Shown here: positions 49,368 through 62,850 of the stretch, one piece after another
Position numbering within the stretch: position 1 is the stretch's first letter
Layout of the letters: each line of letters opens with the position of its first letter
NCBI GenBank assembly: GCA_963514005.1
Contig: OY740782.1
Location: 150,970,001 to 151,034,000, forward strand
Length of the DNA stretch: 64,000 bases
From: Raja brachyura
Taxonomy: Eukaryota
Direction: 5' to 3'
The notes under the pieces: generated by a model
Seen by the model: the letters and a program-made list of their open reading frames with translations, nothing else
Databases searched by the model: none
Told to the model about the DNA's origin: nothing
Translations under genes and position numbers: made by a program

Positions 49368-49870
49368 CAGGCCGTACGAAGCTTTTCAAACAGGGGGGTG
49401 GCATGACAGGGTTACAAAAAATGTATGTGAAGTAATGTGCACAGAGCACATCACGAGCGTGAAGGCCCTCACGGCCGGGGTTTCACATGATATCTGTTGC
49501 ACTCTGAGCCTTATTTTGGAGTATTTTTGCACCAAATTTATGACCAATATTTCAGAAATAATTTTGGTGGAGTCAAGATTAATAATTGCAGAGTTGCTAA
49601 GTTTCTCCGAGAAATTCCATATTTTGATGGCTGAAAATCAGTATTTTGTTGGGGAAATCGGTATTTCTCACTTAAATGCAATGGAACGTACTCCATAGAA
49701 ACTAGATTTTTGAAAATCAGTGATTTGCATGCAACCTCATGTATTCTCAAATATCATTATGGAATACTGAAAATCAGTACTACTGCATTGTGAAACCATT
49801 TTTGAAATGTGAATTTATAATTCTTGATTTTGATTCCATAAGATAAAAATATATAATAATATACATATTT
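49368..49870 (-). mobile_element. hAT-like terminal fragment, same family as 14790-15277
   Basis: caggccgtacgaagcttttcaaacaggggggtggcatgaca is the near reverse complement of 15238-15276, with homology over about 480 bp. Confidence 0.75.
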
Positions 49871-50589
49871 GACCCCCATGTCGCCCCTGGATTTTGGAAT
49901 ATTCAATTGAAATATCTCCTGATCAAATTTGTGATGTATATGACCAACTGTAGAAGTTAAACCTGGATAAATCCAACGTATAGTTGTGAATGTTGCTCAA
50001 TAAATAACTACAGCACTGATACTCCATATTAAGAGCACTGATTTGCTGTTAAAATGAATTCCATAATAACGTGTCAACGGTAGCTGTGACAATCGAACAC
50101 TGCGGTTTTAATGTTTCACGTGTTCACAATTTAATAATCCATCTTAATAGATTAAATCAAATAATAACATTGGGAATTAAACACACTTGATTGTATTCCG
50201 CTATCAAACATAGTCAATGTTCGCTCTGAAGACATTTCCAGCTTAGTAGGGTGGTTGGATGGGTGAATCAGAGCAGGATGGATAGATAACCAGGGGTTGA
50301 GAGGGCAATCAATAGACAATAGGTGCAGGAGTGGGCCATTAGGCCCTTCGAGCCAGCACCGCCATTCAATGTGATCATGGCTGATCATCCCCAATCAGTA
50401 CCCCGTTCCTGCCTTCTCCCCATATCCCCTGACCCCGCTATCTTTAAGAGCCCTATCTAGCTCTCTCTTGAAAGCATCCAGAGAACCTGCCTCCAACGCC
50501 CTCTGAGGCAGATAATTCCACAGACGGTGCGGAATGGATGGATTGAGGCAGGGGAATTAGTGCGTGTCGGTTGGATTAGGTAAAATTGT

Positions 50590-51120
50590 GAGGGGGGGGC
50601 GCGGGGGATTTCAGTGGCGATCAGTACGGGATGGATTGGGGGGGAAGAATCAGTACAGGATGGATTGGGGAGATCAGTGCAGGATGAATTGGGGGTCAGT
50701 ACAGGATTAATGGGAGGGATCAGAACAGGATGGATGGGGGTGGGAAGTACAGGATGAATGGGGACAGTACAGGATGGGGGGATCAGTGCAGGATGGATGG
50801 GGGGTGTACAGTACAGGATGGGGGAGGTCAGTGCAGGATCGAAGGGGGTATCAGTACAGGATTAATGGGGAGATCAGTGCAGGATGAATGGGTAGCTAAT
50901 TACAAGATGGATGGGGAGATCAGTGCAGGATGAATGGAGGGGGGGTCCACTACAGGACGAATTGGGGAAGCAGTGCAGGATGAATGGGAAAGGGGGTCAG
51001 TGCAGGATGAATTGGGGGTCCATTGTAGGATGGATGGGGGATGGCAGGAGAATCAATGTGAGGTGGATAGGGAGATAAGTGCAGGATGTATAGATGGGGG
51101 GGAGCACAGGGGATGTCAGT
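50590..51120. repeat. G-rich minisatellite, about 20-25 bp unit like GGATGGATGGGGGAGATCAGTRCA
   Basis: Direct; degenerate tandem units. Confidence 0.85.
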
Positions 51121-51239
51121 GACTGAATAGAGGCGGGAATTGGGGTCAGCGGGTCAGGCAGCATCTCGGGAGCAAAGGAATAAGTGACGTGAGAGTCGGG
51201 GTCCCAGGATAACGGGGGTGGAGGGCGCACAAGAGAGAG

Positions 51240-51281
<42 letters not shown>

Positions 51282-51299
51282 GAAGGGGCAGAGGAGGTG

Positions 51300-52260
51300 G
51301 GGAGGAAGGAAGGTCAGCGCTCCTTGGACAACACCGGCATCATTTCCCCGCTGCCTTGGCCGTCCCTGCCTCCCTCCCTCCCCCTTTGCGGCGGCACTTA
51401 GTTGGGAACTCTTCGCCACCGCCTCCCCTCCGGAGTGGCACATAGCGACCGCTATGGGGGCGCGCGGGGCCGCCGCTGCTGCTGCTGTTGGGCGAGGCCC
51501 GACATTCGCTCCGACCCTCGGTCACCCCGCACTCCAGCCTCCGCCGCCCAAAGCCCAAAGCGAGGGCCCGCGGCGGGGAGGGGGAGGGGGAGGGGGAGGG
51601 GGGCGAGGGAGCGGCCGAAGAGGCGCCTGGTGACGGGTCACTGCCGCTGCCAGCAGTGTTCAGTCAGTCAGTCCTTCCCGCTTCCCACCCGGTGCCGGGA
51701 GAACGGACCGCCCGCCCGCCCGCCCGCCGGCAGCGGCCCCTCTCCATGGCCGGCGGGGGGCGAGGCTCAGGCTCCGACGCCGCGGATGGATGGATGGATG
51801 GATGGATGGAGGCGATCGATGCCCCGCGCTGGGAGACACCGCAACGGAGAAGCGGCCACTCCTTTTTGTCCCAAATCATCCCGCGGGTCGGATTGGACCA
51901 TTCGCGGGGAGTTTAAAACACCCGATAAAAAAACAAACGGCTTCCCTCTCCCGTAACACAACGTAACACAATATTTCACGGCCCAATATTTTACTCACCC
52001 AAACTAGGCCCGGGGCGTCGCGTCGAGGCGAGGCATTTAAAATGGCGGCGTCTGATGCCGCCCACTGCGCACGCGCGGAGAGACGGCGCGTCACCAGCTT
52101 CCCCCCAACTGCGCAGGTCGAGAATATTTGTTTCAAATCATCCCGCGGCTCAATTTGTTTTTATTCTGGAAAAAAGGGGGGTGCGTCCGCACCCAACGCA
52201 ACCCCCCTTCGGACGGCCATGTCACATACATCAAGCACGATCCACTGCCATGTACGTCCA
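51300..52260. promoter_or_regulatory. CpG-island-like block with promoter motifs
   Basis: High GC and CpG content. ATTGG about 51892, TTCGCGGG about 51901, TTTAAA about 51913, AAAATGGCGGC 52039-52049, TGCGCACGCGC 52066-52076. Confidence 0.55.
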
Positions 52261-52339
52261 GGCCCAAGTAAGAATCTAATTGTACCGCTCTCGGCATTTA
52301 TGAAAATGATACACTCTTGATACTTGACGCTTCATGTGT

Positions 52340-54495
52340 TAGAAACATAGAGGAAACAAAGAAAAAATATGTGCAGGAGTAGGCCATTTGGCCCTTCGAA
52401 CAGGAACCACCATTCAACATAATCATGGCTGATCATCTAAATTCAGTACCCCGTAATGCTTTTTCCCCATATTCCTTGATTCCATTAGTCCTAAGAGCTA
52501 AATTTAACTCTCTCTTGAAAAGATCCAGTGAATTGGCCTCCGCTGCGTTCTGTGGCAGAGACTTCCACAGATTCACAACTCTCTGGATGATTTTTTTTTA
52601 TCCTCATCTCAGTCCTACATGGCCTATCCCTTATTCTTAAACTGTGACCCCTGGTTCTGGACTCCCCCAACTAGCATCTAGCCTCTCAGTCCCGCCATCC
52701 CGGGAATTGACCTGGTGAACCTACGCTGCACTCCCTCAATAGCAATAATGTCCTTCCTGAAATTTGGAGACCAAAATTGCACACAATATTCCAGGTGCGG
52801 TCTCACCTGAGCCCTGTACAACTGCCAGTAGGACCACCTTGCTCCGAAACTCAAATCCTCTCGCAATGAAGGCCAATGTGCCATTAGATTTCTTCCCTGC
52901 CTGTCATACCTGCATGCTTACTGTCAGTGACTGATGTACAAGCACACCCAGGTCTCGTTGCATCTCCCCTTTTCCAAATCTGACACCATTCAGATAATAA
53001 ACTGCCTCCTGTTCTTGCTACCGAAGTGGGTAACCTCACATGTATCCACATTATACTGCATCCATCTGTCTTATTTTAAGTCACCTTGCAGACTCATAGC
53101 ATCCTCATCGCAGCTCCCACTGCCACCCAGCTTTGTGTCATCCGTAAACTTAACTTGGAAATGACACATTTAATTCCCTCGTATAAATGGTTAATAAATA
53201 TTGTAAATAACTGGGGTCCCAGGAACGAGCCTTGACGCACATCATTTGTCACTGCCTGGCATTCTGAAAAGGAACAGTTAATGCCTATTCATTGCTTCCT
53301 GTCTGCTAACCAGTTCTCTATCCATGTCAATACCATTCCCCAATAACATGTGATCTAATTTTGCACACCAATCCCTTGTGTAGGACCTTGTCAAAAGTTT
53401 TTTGAAAGTCCGGATATACCACATCCACTGGCTCTCCCTTATCCATTCCACTTGTTACATCCTCAAAAAATTCCAGAAGATTTGTCAAGCATGATTTTCC
53501 TTCAAAAAGCCATGCTGACTTTGACCAATGCTGTCATTGCTTTCCAAATGCGCCGTTGTAACATCTTTAATAATCGACTCCAGCATCTTCCCCAGCACCG
53601 ATGTAAGGATAACTGGTCTCTAATTCCCTGTTTTCTCTCTCCCTCCTTTCTTAAAAAGTGGAGTTACAACGGTTACCCTCCAGTATACAGGAACAGATCC
53701 AGTTGAGAGAATATTGAAAAATGATAACCAATGCATTCACGATTTCTAGGGCCACCTCCTTGAGGACCCTGGGATTTATCTGCCTTCAGTCCCAACAGTT
53801 TACAATAACACCATTTCCTGGCTAACGTGCGTTCCCATCAGGACCTGGGGATTTATCTGCCTTCGGTCCCAACAGTTTACAATAACACCATTTCCTGGCT
53901 AACGTGCGTTCCCTTCAGTTCCTCCCTCCCACTAAATCCTCGGTCCCCAAGTATTTCTGGGAGATTCTTTGTGTCCTCCTTAGTAAATACTGAATCAACG
54001 TACTCGTTTAACTGTTGTGCCATTTCCTTGCTTTCCATTAGAAATTCACCTGCCTCTGATTGTAAGTGACTTAAATTTTTTTCACTGATCTTTTCCTTTT
54101 TACATATCTAAAGAAGCTATTGCAGTCAGTTTTGATTTTCCTCCCCTGTTGAGTTTTAAATTTCTCCCAGTCCTCTGGCCAATTTATATAACATCTTCCT
54201 TGGATTTAACACTATCCTTGATTTCCCTCATTAGTCATGTTGAGCCGCCCTCCCCATATTATTTCCTTCTCTCGACAGGGATGAACACATTTTGGAGTTC
54301 ATCCATGCGGTCTTTAAATATTTGCGATTGCATCTCCACCATCAACACTTTAAGTATAATTTGCCAGTCTATCCTAGCCAATTGATCAGCCATGATCACA
54401 TAGGATGACGGTGTTGGCTAGAAGGGCCAAATGGCCTACTCCTGCACCTATTGTCTATTGTCTATTGTCAATTCCTGTCTCATACCCTCAACATC
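52340..54495 (-). mobile_element. Degenerate CR1 LINE
   Basis: Homologous to 20645-23178 and 45176-47788; [20 protein letters not shown]. Confidence 0.85.
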
Positions 54496-55069
54496 TCTTA
54501 ATAATTACTTAATAATATTTGGCTTGGTGCTGCATATAAAAGATGCTTCAATCCCTTTTGTTACTGCATATGGTCTTGGAGACAACACATCTTTCCTCCA
54601 CAGTGAACATGTTATAATCAATTTCCATTTAAATCGGAAAAGGCATTTCCCTCACATTTGATCCTCATTTACCATCTTAAATCCATTTAAATTTACGTGA
54701 AGCCGCCACCATCAAAGATGGCTCTTTTATACAGTAAATTCCTAGATTCTGAAGAACATGGATGTGCTGAGGCATCTTGGAGTCCAAGTTCATAGCTCGC
54801 TGCAGTTGGCAGCACATGTAGATGGTAAAGTGGACGTATGGTATGCTTGCGTTCATTGCTAGGGGTATTGAGCATAAGGGCCAGGAAGTCATGATGCAGT
54901 TCTATAAGACTTTGATGAGGCCACAATTGGAGTATTGAGTGCAGATCCAATTGCCCCATTAAAGGGACGAAATGGAGGTTTTGGAGCGGGAACAAAACAG
55001 GTTAACCAGAATGCTGCCTGGATCAGCCACAGGGAGAGATTGGATATCCGTGGATTGTTTTCTCTGGAA

Positions 55070-56510
55070 TGTCCGAGATAATTTGCGGTAAAATCTTTTC
55101 CAATCTCATAGCTAATATTTTGGAAAGAATTTTGAAATCTACATTTAACATTGATATAGGTCTATATGATGTCACTTCAGTAGGGTCTTTATCTTTCTTA
55201 AGAATTAAAGAAATAGAAGCTTCATTAAAAGATTGTGGTAATCTAATCCTTAAAAGGGCTTCTTTAAATACCTTACGTAGCCATGGAGACAATAAATTTG
55301 AAAAATACTTTAAAAATTCTATTGTAAACCCATCTAAACCGGGAGCTTTACCAGAATTCATTGAAAAGATTGCTTTCTGTATTTCTTCTTCCGTGATGGG
55401 TTTATCTAACAACAGAGACTCATTATATGGTAAATTTGGTAAGTTCAGTTCTTTAAAAACTCATGCATTATATTGGAATCAGTAGGAAAATCTGATTGGT
55501 ATAGGGAGATATAAAATTCCTGAAAGGATTTATTAATTTCGTCATGGTCTACAGTTACTGTACCATCCCGTTTTCTCACTTTAGTAATCTGACGCTTGGC
55601 CGACACCGCTTTCAATTGATTAGCGAGTACTTTACCAGATTTTTCGCCATGTATATAAAATTGACTTTTGGTTTTAAGTAGCTGGTTCTCAATCGGTGAT
55701 ACTAATAACAAACCATGTCTCAATTGAAGTTCAACTCTATTCTTGTAGAGCTCTAAACTAGGAGCTTTTGAATATGTTTTATCAATTTCTTTAGTCTCGT
55801 CAGCCAATGTACATATTTATTTTTGGTTTTGTTTTTTTAATCCCGCGGAGTATGAAATAATTTGTCCAGGAATAAATGCCTTAAAAGCATCCCAGACTAC
55901 ACCATTGGATATTTCTTCAGTAGAGTTTGTCAAAAAGTAAAAAGCAATCTGATCTTTCATAAAATTAATAAAGTTTAAGTCTTGAAGCAAAGTAGCATTA
56001 AATCGCCATTGTTTAGCACTAAACGTGGAATCAGGTAGATCGATTGATAGTTTCAAAGGGGCGTGATCAGAAATAGCGATTGCATCATACTCACATGCAG
56101 TGACCGATGGAACTAGCCGAGAATCTAGCATAAAATAATCAATCCTAGAATAACTGTGATATACATGAGAGAAAAATGAAAATACTTTGTCATTTGGGTG
56201 TAAGAATCTCCAAACTTCTAACACTCCAGAGTCAAGTAAAAAAGAATGAAATCAGGTGATTTATTTGGAAGCACATGATCAGATGTAGACCTGTCAATCG
56301 AGAGGTTCAGACAGCAGTTGAAATCTCCACCCATTATTAAAAAGTGTTCATTTAAATTAGGAAAGGATGCAATTAACTGTTTAAAAAACTCAGGGTGATC
56401 AATATTTGCTGCGTAGACATTCACCATAGCAACTAATAAAACCCCACAATTTGTCATCTCACTTGATGCCAAGAAGGCGTTTGATAGAGTAGCATGGGAA
56501 TACTTATTCA
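55070..56510 (-). mobile_element. L1-clade ORF2 fragment (endonuclease to start of RT, minus strand) abutting a short plus-strand RT piece
   Basis: VNVYA.N, MGGDFNC, YSRIDYF, ISDHAP, GKAPGLDGF, YRPISMLNVDFKILSK. Plus strand 56455-56510: ISLDAKKAFDRVAWEYLF. Confidence 0.88.
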
Positions 56511-56876
56511 ATCTATCTATCTATATATTAAAACTCTGTGTGTGTGTCGGCTTTGTGGGTGTATGTCACATCCCATTTTTTTTTCAAACATTTTTGTCCT
56601 TTGGTTCCGTGGTCCGCCAAAACCAGAAGCTCAAACGCCACGCTCTCCCCAATCTCTCCCTATCTCCCCCTCCCCAATCTCTCCCCATCCCCCTCTCCCC
56701 TCATACCCACCCTCCCCCCCTCATCCACACATCCTCTCCTCCTCCCCTCCACCCCCCTCTCCCTCTGTCTCTTCCCTTCTGTCTCTGCCCCTCTCTCTCT
56801 CCCCACTCTCTCTCTGCCCTCACTCTCTAACCCCCTCCCCCCAGACGCACCTGTGAGTTGGGGGCTATGTGTCAAT

Positions 56877-58183
56877 CAGGCACGTGCCGTGAGTAATTGC
56901 TCAGGGTAGGCAGTCAGTCGGCTTTTTAAAAAAAATTAATCCGTGCATGTGCAGATTGTTCTCTCCATGAAAATTAAAATTAAAAATAAAGACAGTAACA
57001 ATTCAATTTGCCCAAGGCTTCCAAGTCTCCTTCATTCTGAATTACTGAATGGGTGGGGGGTGAAGGGTGATGGCAGGTGGAGAGATGGTGGGAAAAACGG
57101 GAGCACAGGGAAAAGTTGAACCAGTTGTCATCCAATTGAATGACAACACTTGTTCAAGGGACCAATTGGGGGAGAGTTCCTTTCACAGCGTGTGGAGAGT
57201 CTGTGCCAGGGGTAAAGTTGTGGGGAGGGCAGGAGTGTTGTGTCGGGGATAATGCCAATAACCTACTCACTCACCGCTGCCACGGTGCTCCGGGCGCCAC
57301 CGCACTGTAGCTGGGGATAGAAGCAGCTCGGGTGGCTGCGAGCGGCCACCGGGACTCGACAGCAGAACTGACCGCCACTTCAGTGCCTTCTGCCGGCCCG
57401 CTCACCTTCGGCAGTGCTCTCTGTCTGAACACCTCTCACCTGCCACTCGCCGACTTCGCTCATGTCAGCGGCTTCCTGCAAATCCTTAAATTCCCACAGC
57501 CGGGTAACCTCAACCTCAACCTGACATGAGTGAGGCCAGCGAGTGGCAGGAGAGGTTTTTAGATGGAGAGCTGCCAGAGATGAGCGGGCGCCGGCAGAAG
57601 GAGCTAAGCTGGCGGCTGGTCCGCTCTCCAGCACAGCAAGGAGCGTCGCAAGTGGCATGCTCCCGACCCCTCCTTCACAACATTCGTGCCCTCCCCGTAA
57701 CTTTATCCTGGGCCAGACTCCCCAAACGCTGTGAAAGGAGCTCTCCCCCCACACCCCGGGAAATACGGTATTTAAAAACATAAACACAAAATGTACTTAC
57801 CACATTATTGGTACACAAACTCCATTCTTCTCTCTTTCTTTCCTAACATACAATTAAAATAATGACAATCCATATTTGAAAACCCCGCCAAGAAACCAGC
57901 GCTGCGCATGCGTAGTGTTGCAAAGGCAGAATTTCTGCTGCCTTCAGCCCCGCTTGTCGTTGACGGCTTCAGGCAGCGCTGACGGCACGTGGGCTGCACA
58001 GAGCTTCAAGGGTTACAAGTGCTGCGGATGAAAGGCACAGAGAATTATGCCTACCTAAGAGATCGATCTCTTAGACAGGCATAATTCTCCCATGCTTTAT
58101 TATTTATATTTAGTAATTACTATGTTATAATTTTAGTCAGGGTAGGCAGTGCCAACCTTGCCTACCGTGACGGCACGTGCCTG
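56877..58183. mobile_element. Non-autonomous hAT element with TIRs and 8-bp TSD
   Basis: Ends CAGGCACGTGCCGT ... ACGGCACGTGCCTG (14 bp perfect TIR); flanks GTGTCAAT / GTGTCAGT. Confidence 0.88.
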
Positions 58184-58247
58184 GTGTCAGTGGATAGGGC
58201 GATTATGGGGTAAAAGGAGCAAATTAATAATATTAATATAATATCAA

Positions 58248-58385
58248 GGGGGGTAGTTAGTGTGTGTGCGGGGGGGTAGTTAGTGTGTGTGCGGGGGGGG
58301 TAGTTAGTGTGTGTGCGGGGGGGTAGTTAGTGTGTGTGCGGGGGGGTAGTTAGTGTGTGTGCGGGGGGGTAGTTAGTGTGTGTGA
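58248..58385. repeat. Minisatellite (GGGGGGTAGTTAGTGTGTGTGC) x about 6
   Basis: Direct. Confidence 0.95.
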
Positions 58386-58729
58386 CGCCACATGCTGCCC
58401 CCCCCCGCAACCGCTCTCTCTCCCCTCCCATCTCTCTCTCCCCTCCCATCTCTCACCCCTCCTCCCCCACCCTCCCCCTCACCGTCCCTCCCTCACCCTC
58501 CCTCTCCTCCTCCCCTCCACCCCCTCTCCCTCTGTCTCTACCCCTTTCGTTTTCTCTCCCCCATTCTCTCTCTGCTCTCACTCTCTACNNNNNNNNNNNN
58601 NNNNNNNNNNNNNNNNNNNNNNNNNNNNNNNNNNNNNNNNNNNNNNNNNNNNNNNNNNNNNNNNNNNNNNNNNNNNNNNNNNNNNNNNNNNNNNNNNNNN
58701 NNNNNNNNNNNNNNNNNCTCTCTCCCTCA

Positions 58730-59705
58730 ACTCTCGACCACACCGACCAACAATGTCCTAGCTACACTTGTCCCACTTGCCTGCGCTTGGTCCATAACCC
58801 TCCAAACCTGTGCTATCCATGTACCTGTCCAACTGTTTCTTAAACGATGGGATAGTCCCAGCCTCATCTACCTCTGGCAGCTTGTTCCATCCACCCATCA
58901 CCCTCTGTGTGAAAATGTTCCCCATCGTATTCCTATTAAGTCTTTTCCCTTTCACCTTGAACCCATGTCCTCTGGTCCTCGATTCCCCTATCCTCATCAT
59001 TTTGTACACCTCTATAAGATCACCCCTCATCCTCCTGCGCTCCATGAAATAGTGACCTGGCCTACTCAACCTCTCCCTATAGCTAACACCCTCTAGTCCT
59101 GGCAACATCCTCGTAAATCTTTGCTGAACCCCTTCAAGCTTGATAACATCTTTCCTATAACATGGTGCCCAGAACTGAACACAATATTCTAAATGCGGCC
59201 TCACCAACTTTTCATACAACTGCAACATGACCTCCCAACTTCTATACTCAATGCTCTGACTGATGAAGGCCAAAGAGCCATAAGCCTTGTTGACCACCTT
59301 ATCTACCTGCGACTCGACCTTCAAGGAACCATGCACCTGTACTCCTAGATCCCTCTGCTCTACAACACTACCCAGAGGCCTACCATTCACTGTGTGGGTC
59401 CTGCCCTTGTTCAAAGATGCAAAATGCAACACCTCACACTTCTCTGTATTAAATTCCAACAACCATTCCTCCGCCCACCTGGCCAATCGATCCAGATCCT
59501 GCTGCAATCGTTCACAACCATTTTCACTATCTGCTAAACTTACTTTTGTACCATCAGCAAACTTGCTAATCTTGCCCTGTATGTTCTCATCCAAATCATT
59601 GATGTAGATGACAAACAGTAACGGGCCCAGCACCGAACCCTGAGGCACACCACTAGTCACAGGCCTCCAGTCCGAGAAGCAACCTTCCACCATCACCCTC
59701 TGTTT
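58730..59705 (-). mobile_element. CR1 LINE RT/3' end (second subfamily)
   Basis: ORF 58758..59741: [33 protein letters not shown]. Confidence 0.9.
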
Positions 59706-60394
59706 CAGTACTTCCCTGACGGTAACCCTGACTGCTGTCATGACACTTCCAGTGACCGGATGCGACTGGAGATGAGATCACGTTGAAGATATTGGAAATG
59801 TCGGAGAATGATATATTATATGTGCAGGCTGGTGTGGTGAAAAGCGAGGTCCAGAGGAACATTATCCTTGTTCCGTCTGAGGAAGGGCGAGCGAGAGCAG
59901 AACTGCGAGACACAGGGAAGATATGGATGGAGGTGTAATCCACAACTGCACGGCTAAACCACGGCTACTGAAATTAAAGGAAGGTTTCGCATGTCGCTGG
60001 GTGAAAAGCGTTATCGTAGAAGTAGAAGTAGCTGAGACGGAGAAATCGAGAGTAAGGGATGGCTTCCTTGCAAGGGGCAGATTGGAAGGATGCAGTCAAA
60101 GTGACTGAGAGTCAGCGGGTATTAATGGACGTCTGTGCGTAGTCTACCTTTTGTGATGGAGACAGACAGATCCTGAAAGCAGAGTTCAGTCACAGATTGT
60201 CCTCGTGAATGTCCGTTGTTCTATTGAATTTCTCCATGTCAGTAACACTCTCTGTAGACGTAAAGCCACTCAAGCGTCACTACGTTCTGCCAAATTCTGA
60301 AAGTATTTGACATTAAGTCAAGGTGAATTATCATCATTTATTCACATTTAAACTCTCTGACACGTCATTTTCACCATGTTATGCTGTTTATCAT

Positions 60395-60832
60395 ATGCTG
60401 AGAGAATGGAGCAGCTGGGCTTGTAAACTCTGGAATTTAGAAGATGAGAGGGGATCTTATTGAAACATATAAGATTATTCAGGGTTTGGGTACGCTAAAG
60501 GGAGGAAACATGTTCCCGATGTTGGGGGAGTCCAGAACCAGGGGCCACAGTTTAAGAATTATGGGTAAGCCATTAAGAACGGAGACGAGGAAACACTTTT
60601 TCACACAGAGAGTTGCGAGTCTGTGGAATTCTCTGCCTCAGAGGGCGGTGGAGGCCGGTTTTCTGGATACTTTCAAGGGAGCTAGATAGGGCTCTTAAAG
60701 ATAGCGGAGTCAGGGGATATGGGGAGAAGGCAGGAACGGGGTACTGATTGGGGATGATCAGCCATGATCACATTGAATGGTGGTGCTGGCTCGAAGGGCT
60801 GAATGGCCTACTCCTGCACCTATTGTCTATTG
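60395..60832 (+). mobile_element. CR1 3' end
   Basis: RGDLIETYKI..SRTRGHSL..FFTQRV and a (TATTGTC)n-type tail. Confidence 0.85.
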
Positions 60833-61714
60833 ATATTACACATGGGACATGCTCCAGGGAAATATTTGTAACGCGATTTCATGAACAACAGTGTTGTAGA
60901 CTGAAAAATATTATAGTAACGGATCATGACTAGACACGAACATTAACGATTGGAGCAAGGTAGGCAATTCGGCCCTTAAAACTGGTTCAGCCTTCAACCC
61001 AATCATGTGTCCGATTCTTCAAAATATTATTAGATCCCTCCAACTCCAAGAACTGCATCTAGCAAATTTGTGAATGGATGTAATGAGTGTCCATTCGGTC
61101 TTTTAATCATTTACACTTCTCACTCTCAGTCCAGAGTGCCTTTGGGTCCAAACTGTCAGAGAGCACAATGAAATTATGAATCCTAAAGACCCATTGGTTA
61201 TCCAATTGCGTCGCCAGTTGAGGGTATGAGACACGTGTTGCTGGGCAGATCTTGGAGTTGTTAGTTTGCAGTCAGCAGCTCTGTGCATCGGGCTGGAATC
61301 AGTACATTCATTTCTCTAAATAATCCACAGGTGCTTCCGTTCAGTTACCTCCTGCTCTTTGCTAACGGTGGAGTGTTGGACTCCAGCCACATCATATGTG
61401 GGGGAAAGGTGAAAACAACTGGAATATGAATAAATATGAAATGCCATTCAATTAAAAAATATTAAGCTTTAACGGCGAGTTCTGAGGCTAATAAAATGAA
61501 GTGAGACACAGATGCGGCAGGGAAAACGTAACATTTTGGCCGATCATTCATGATCAAGTTGAACGACCAATAAGCAATAATGCAATAGCAAGGAGAGACA
61601 TTAGTTTGGATGTTGTAAAATCAGTATGGTTCTTGGTTCTTGGTTACTTGGTCCTCCAAAATATTCCAACTGGAATTTAAACTGGACGTGGTGAAGGGAG
61701 GGGTTTAGCCAGAG

Positions 61715-62300
61715 AGGGTTATTGGGAAGAAAGTGCCACTTTAAATTTAGTTGCATCTGGCTGGGCAACCGTGGCTTGGTGGAGATTATTCCATGCTTTA
61801 ATAGTGCGTGGAAAGAACGAATTGCTGTACACATCTGTCTTTGAGGCTGGGACCACAAATTGGATCGAATGCCATCGTCTGCTCCTAATTGGTTTGGGGT
61901 TGATGTAGGTCTTGTGATCTATGTCTAGCTGACCATTTAACATTTTGTAAAAACAGGTCAAACGGTGAGCTTCACGTCTGTCTTGGAGAGGGTTCCACCC
62001 CGCCCAGAGAATTCAGAAGTTTGGTGACATTCGCTTCTCTCTCGTAGGTGTTAGTAACAAATCGAGCGGCCTGTCTTTGGACATGTTCGATGGGTGAAAT
62101 GTTTTTACCTGTGTATGGGTCCCAAGCTGCAACTGCGTAGTCCAGATGAGGTCTAACGAGGGTGAAATGCAGCCTCTCCTTGACAGAAGCTGAACAATGA
62201 TGGAAGTTGCGCCTCAGGAAGTTTAGGACACCTGTTGCTTTCACTGTTGCATGATGAGTCTGACCATTCCAACGTAGATCATTCTGCAATTTGATGCCAA
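61715..62300 (-). mobile_element. CR1/L2-group LINE 3' fragment (distinct family)
   Basis: LNFLRRNF..TLVRPHLDYAVAAWDPY..IEHVQRQAARFV..NSFFPRTIKAWNNL. Confidence 0.8.
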
Positions 62301-62319
62301 GATGCAATATGGGTAGAAC

Positions 62320-62850
62320 TGTGAAATAGCCAAGGGCAGAAAACGCTTGTTGGAGTGGTGTACAGACCCCAAACAGCAGGATGGAGGTTGGGGATAGCAT
62401 CAAGCAGGAAATTAGGGATGCGTGCAGCAAAGATACAGTGGTTATCATGGGTGACTTTAATTTACCGATAGATTGGGCCAATCAAATTGGGAACAGCGCT
62501 GAGGAGGATTTCCAGGGATGTACACGGGAAGGGTTTTTAAACCAATATGTAGAGGAACCGACTAGAGGGCAGGCTGGGTATTGTGTAACGAGGAAGGATT
62601 AGTTAGCGATCTTGTTGTGATAAGCCCCTTGGTCAACCGTGACCATAATATGGTGGAATTCCACATTAGAATGGACAGGGACACGGTTAATTCAGAGACC
62701 AGGCTCCTGAACTTGAATAAAGACGACTTTGAAGGTATGAGACGGGAACTGGCTCGGAGAGACGGGCACATTTTACTTAAAGGGTTGACAGTGGAGATGC
62801 AATGGTGAAGATTTAAAGACCGCTTAGATAAACTCCAGAAATTGTTAGTC
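62320..62850 (+). mobile_element. CR1 endonuclease fragment
   Basis: VVIMGDFNLP..LNQYVEEPTRG, DHNMVEFHI. Confidence 0.8.

Noticed and set aside
48677-49730. Octamers ATTTGCAT at 48677 and 49723 as VH promoter elements
   Set aside because: They are more than 5 kb from the leader, isolated, and the second lies within a hAT fragment.
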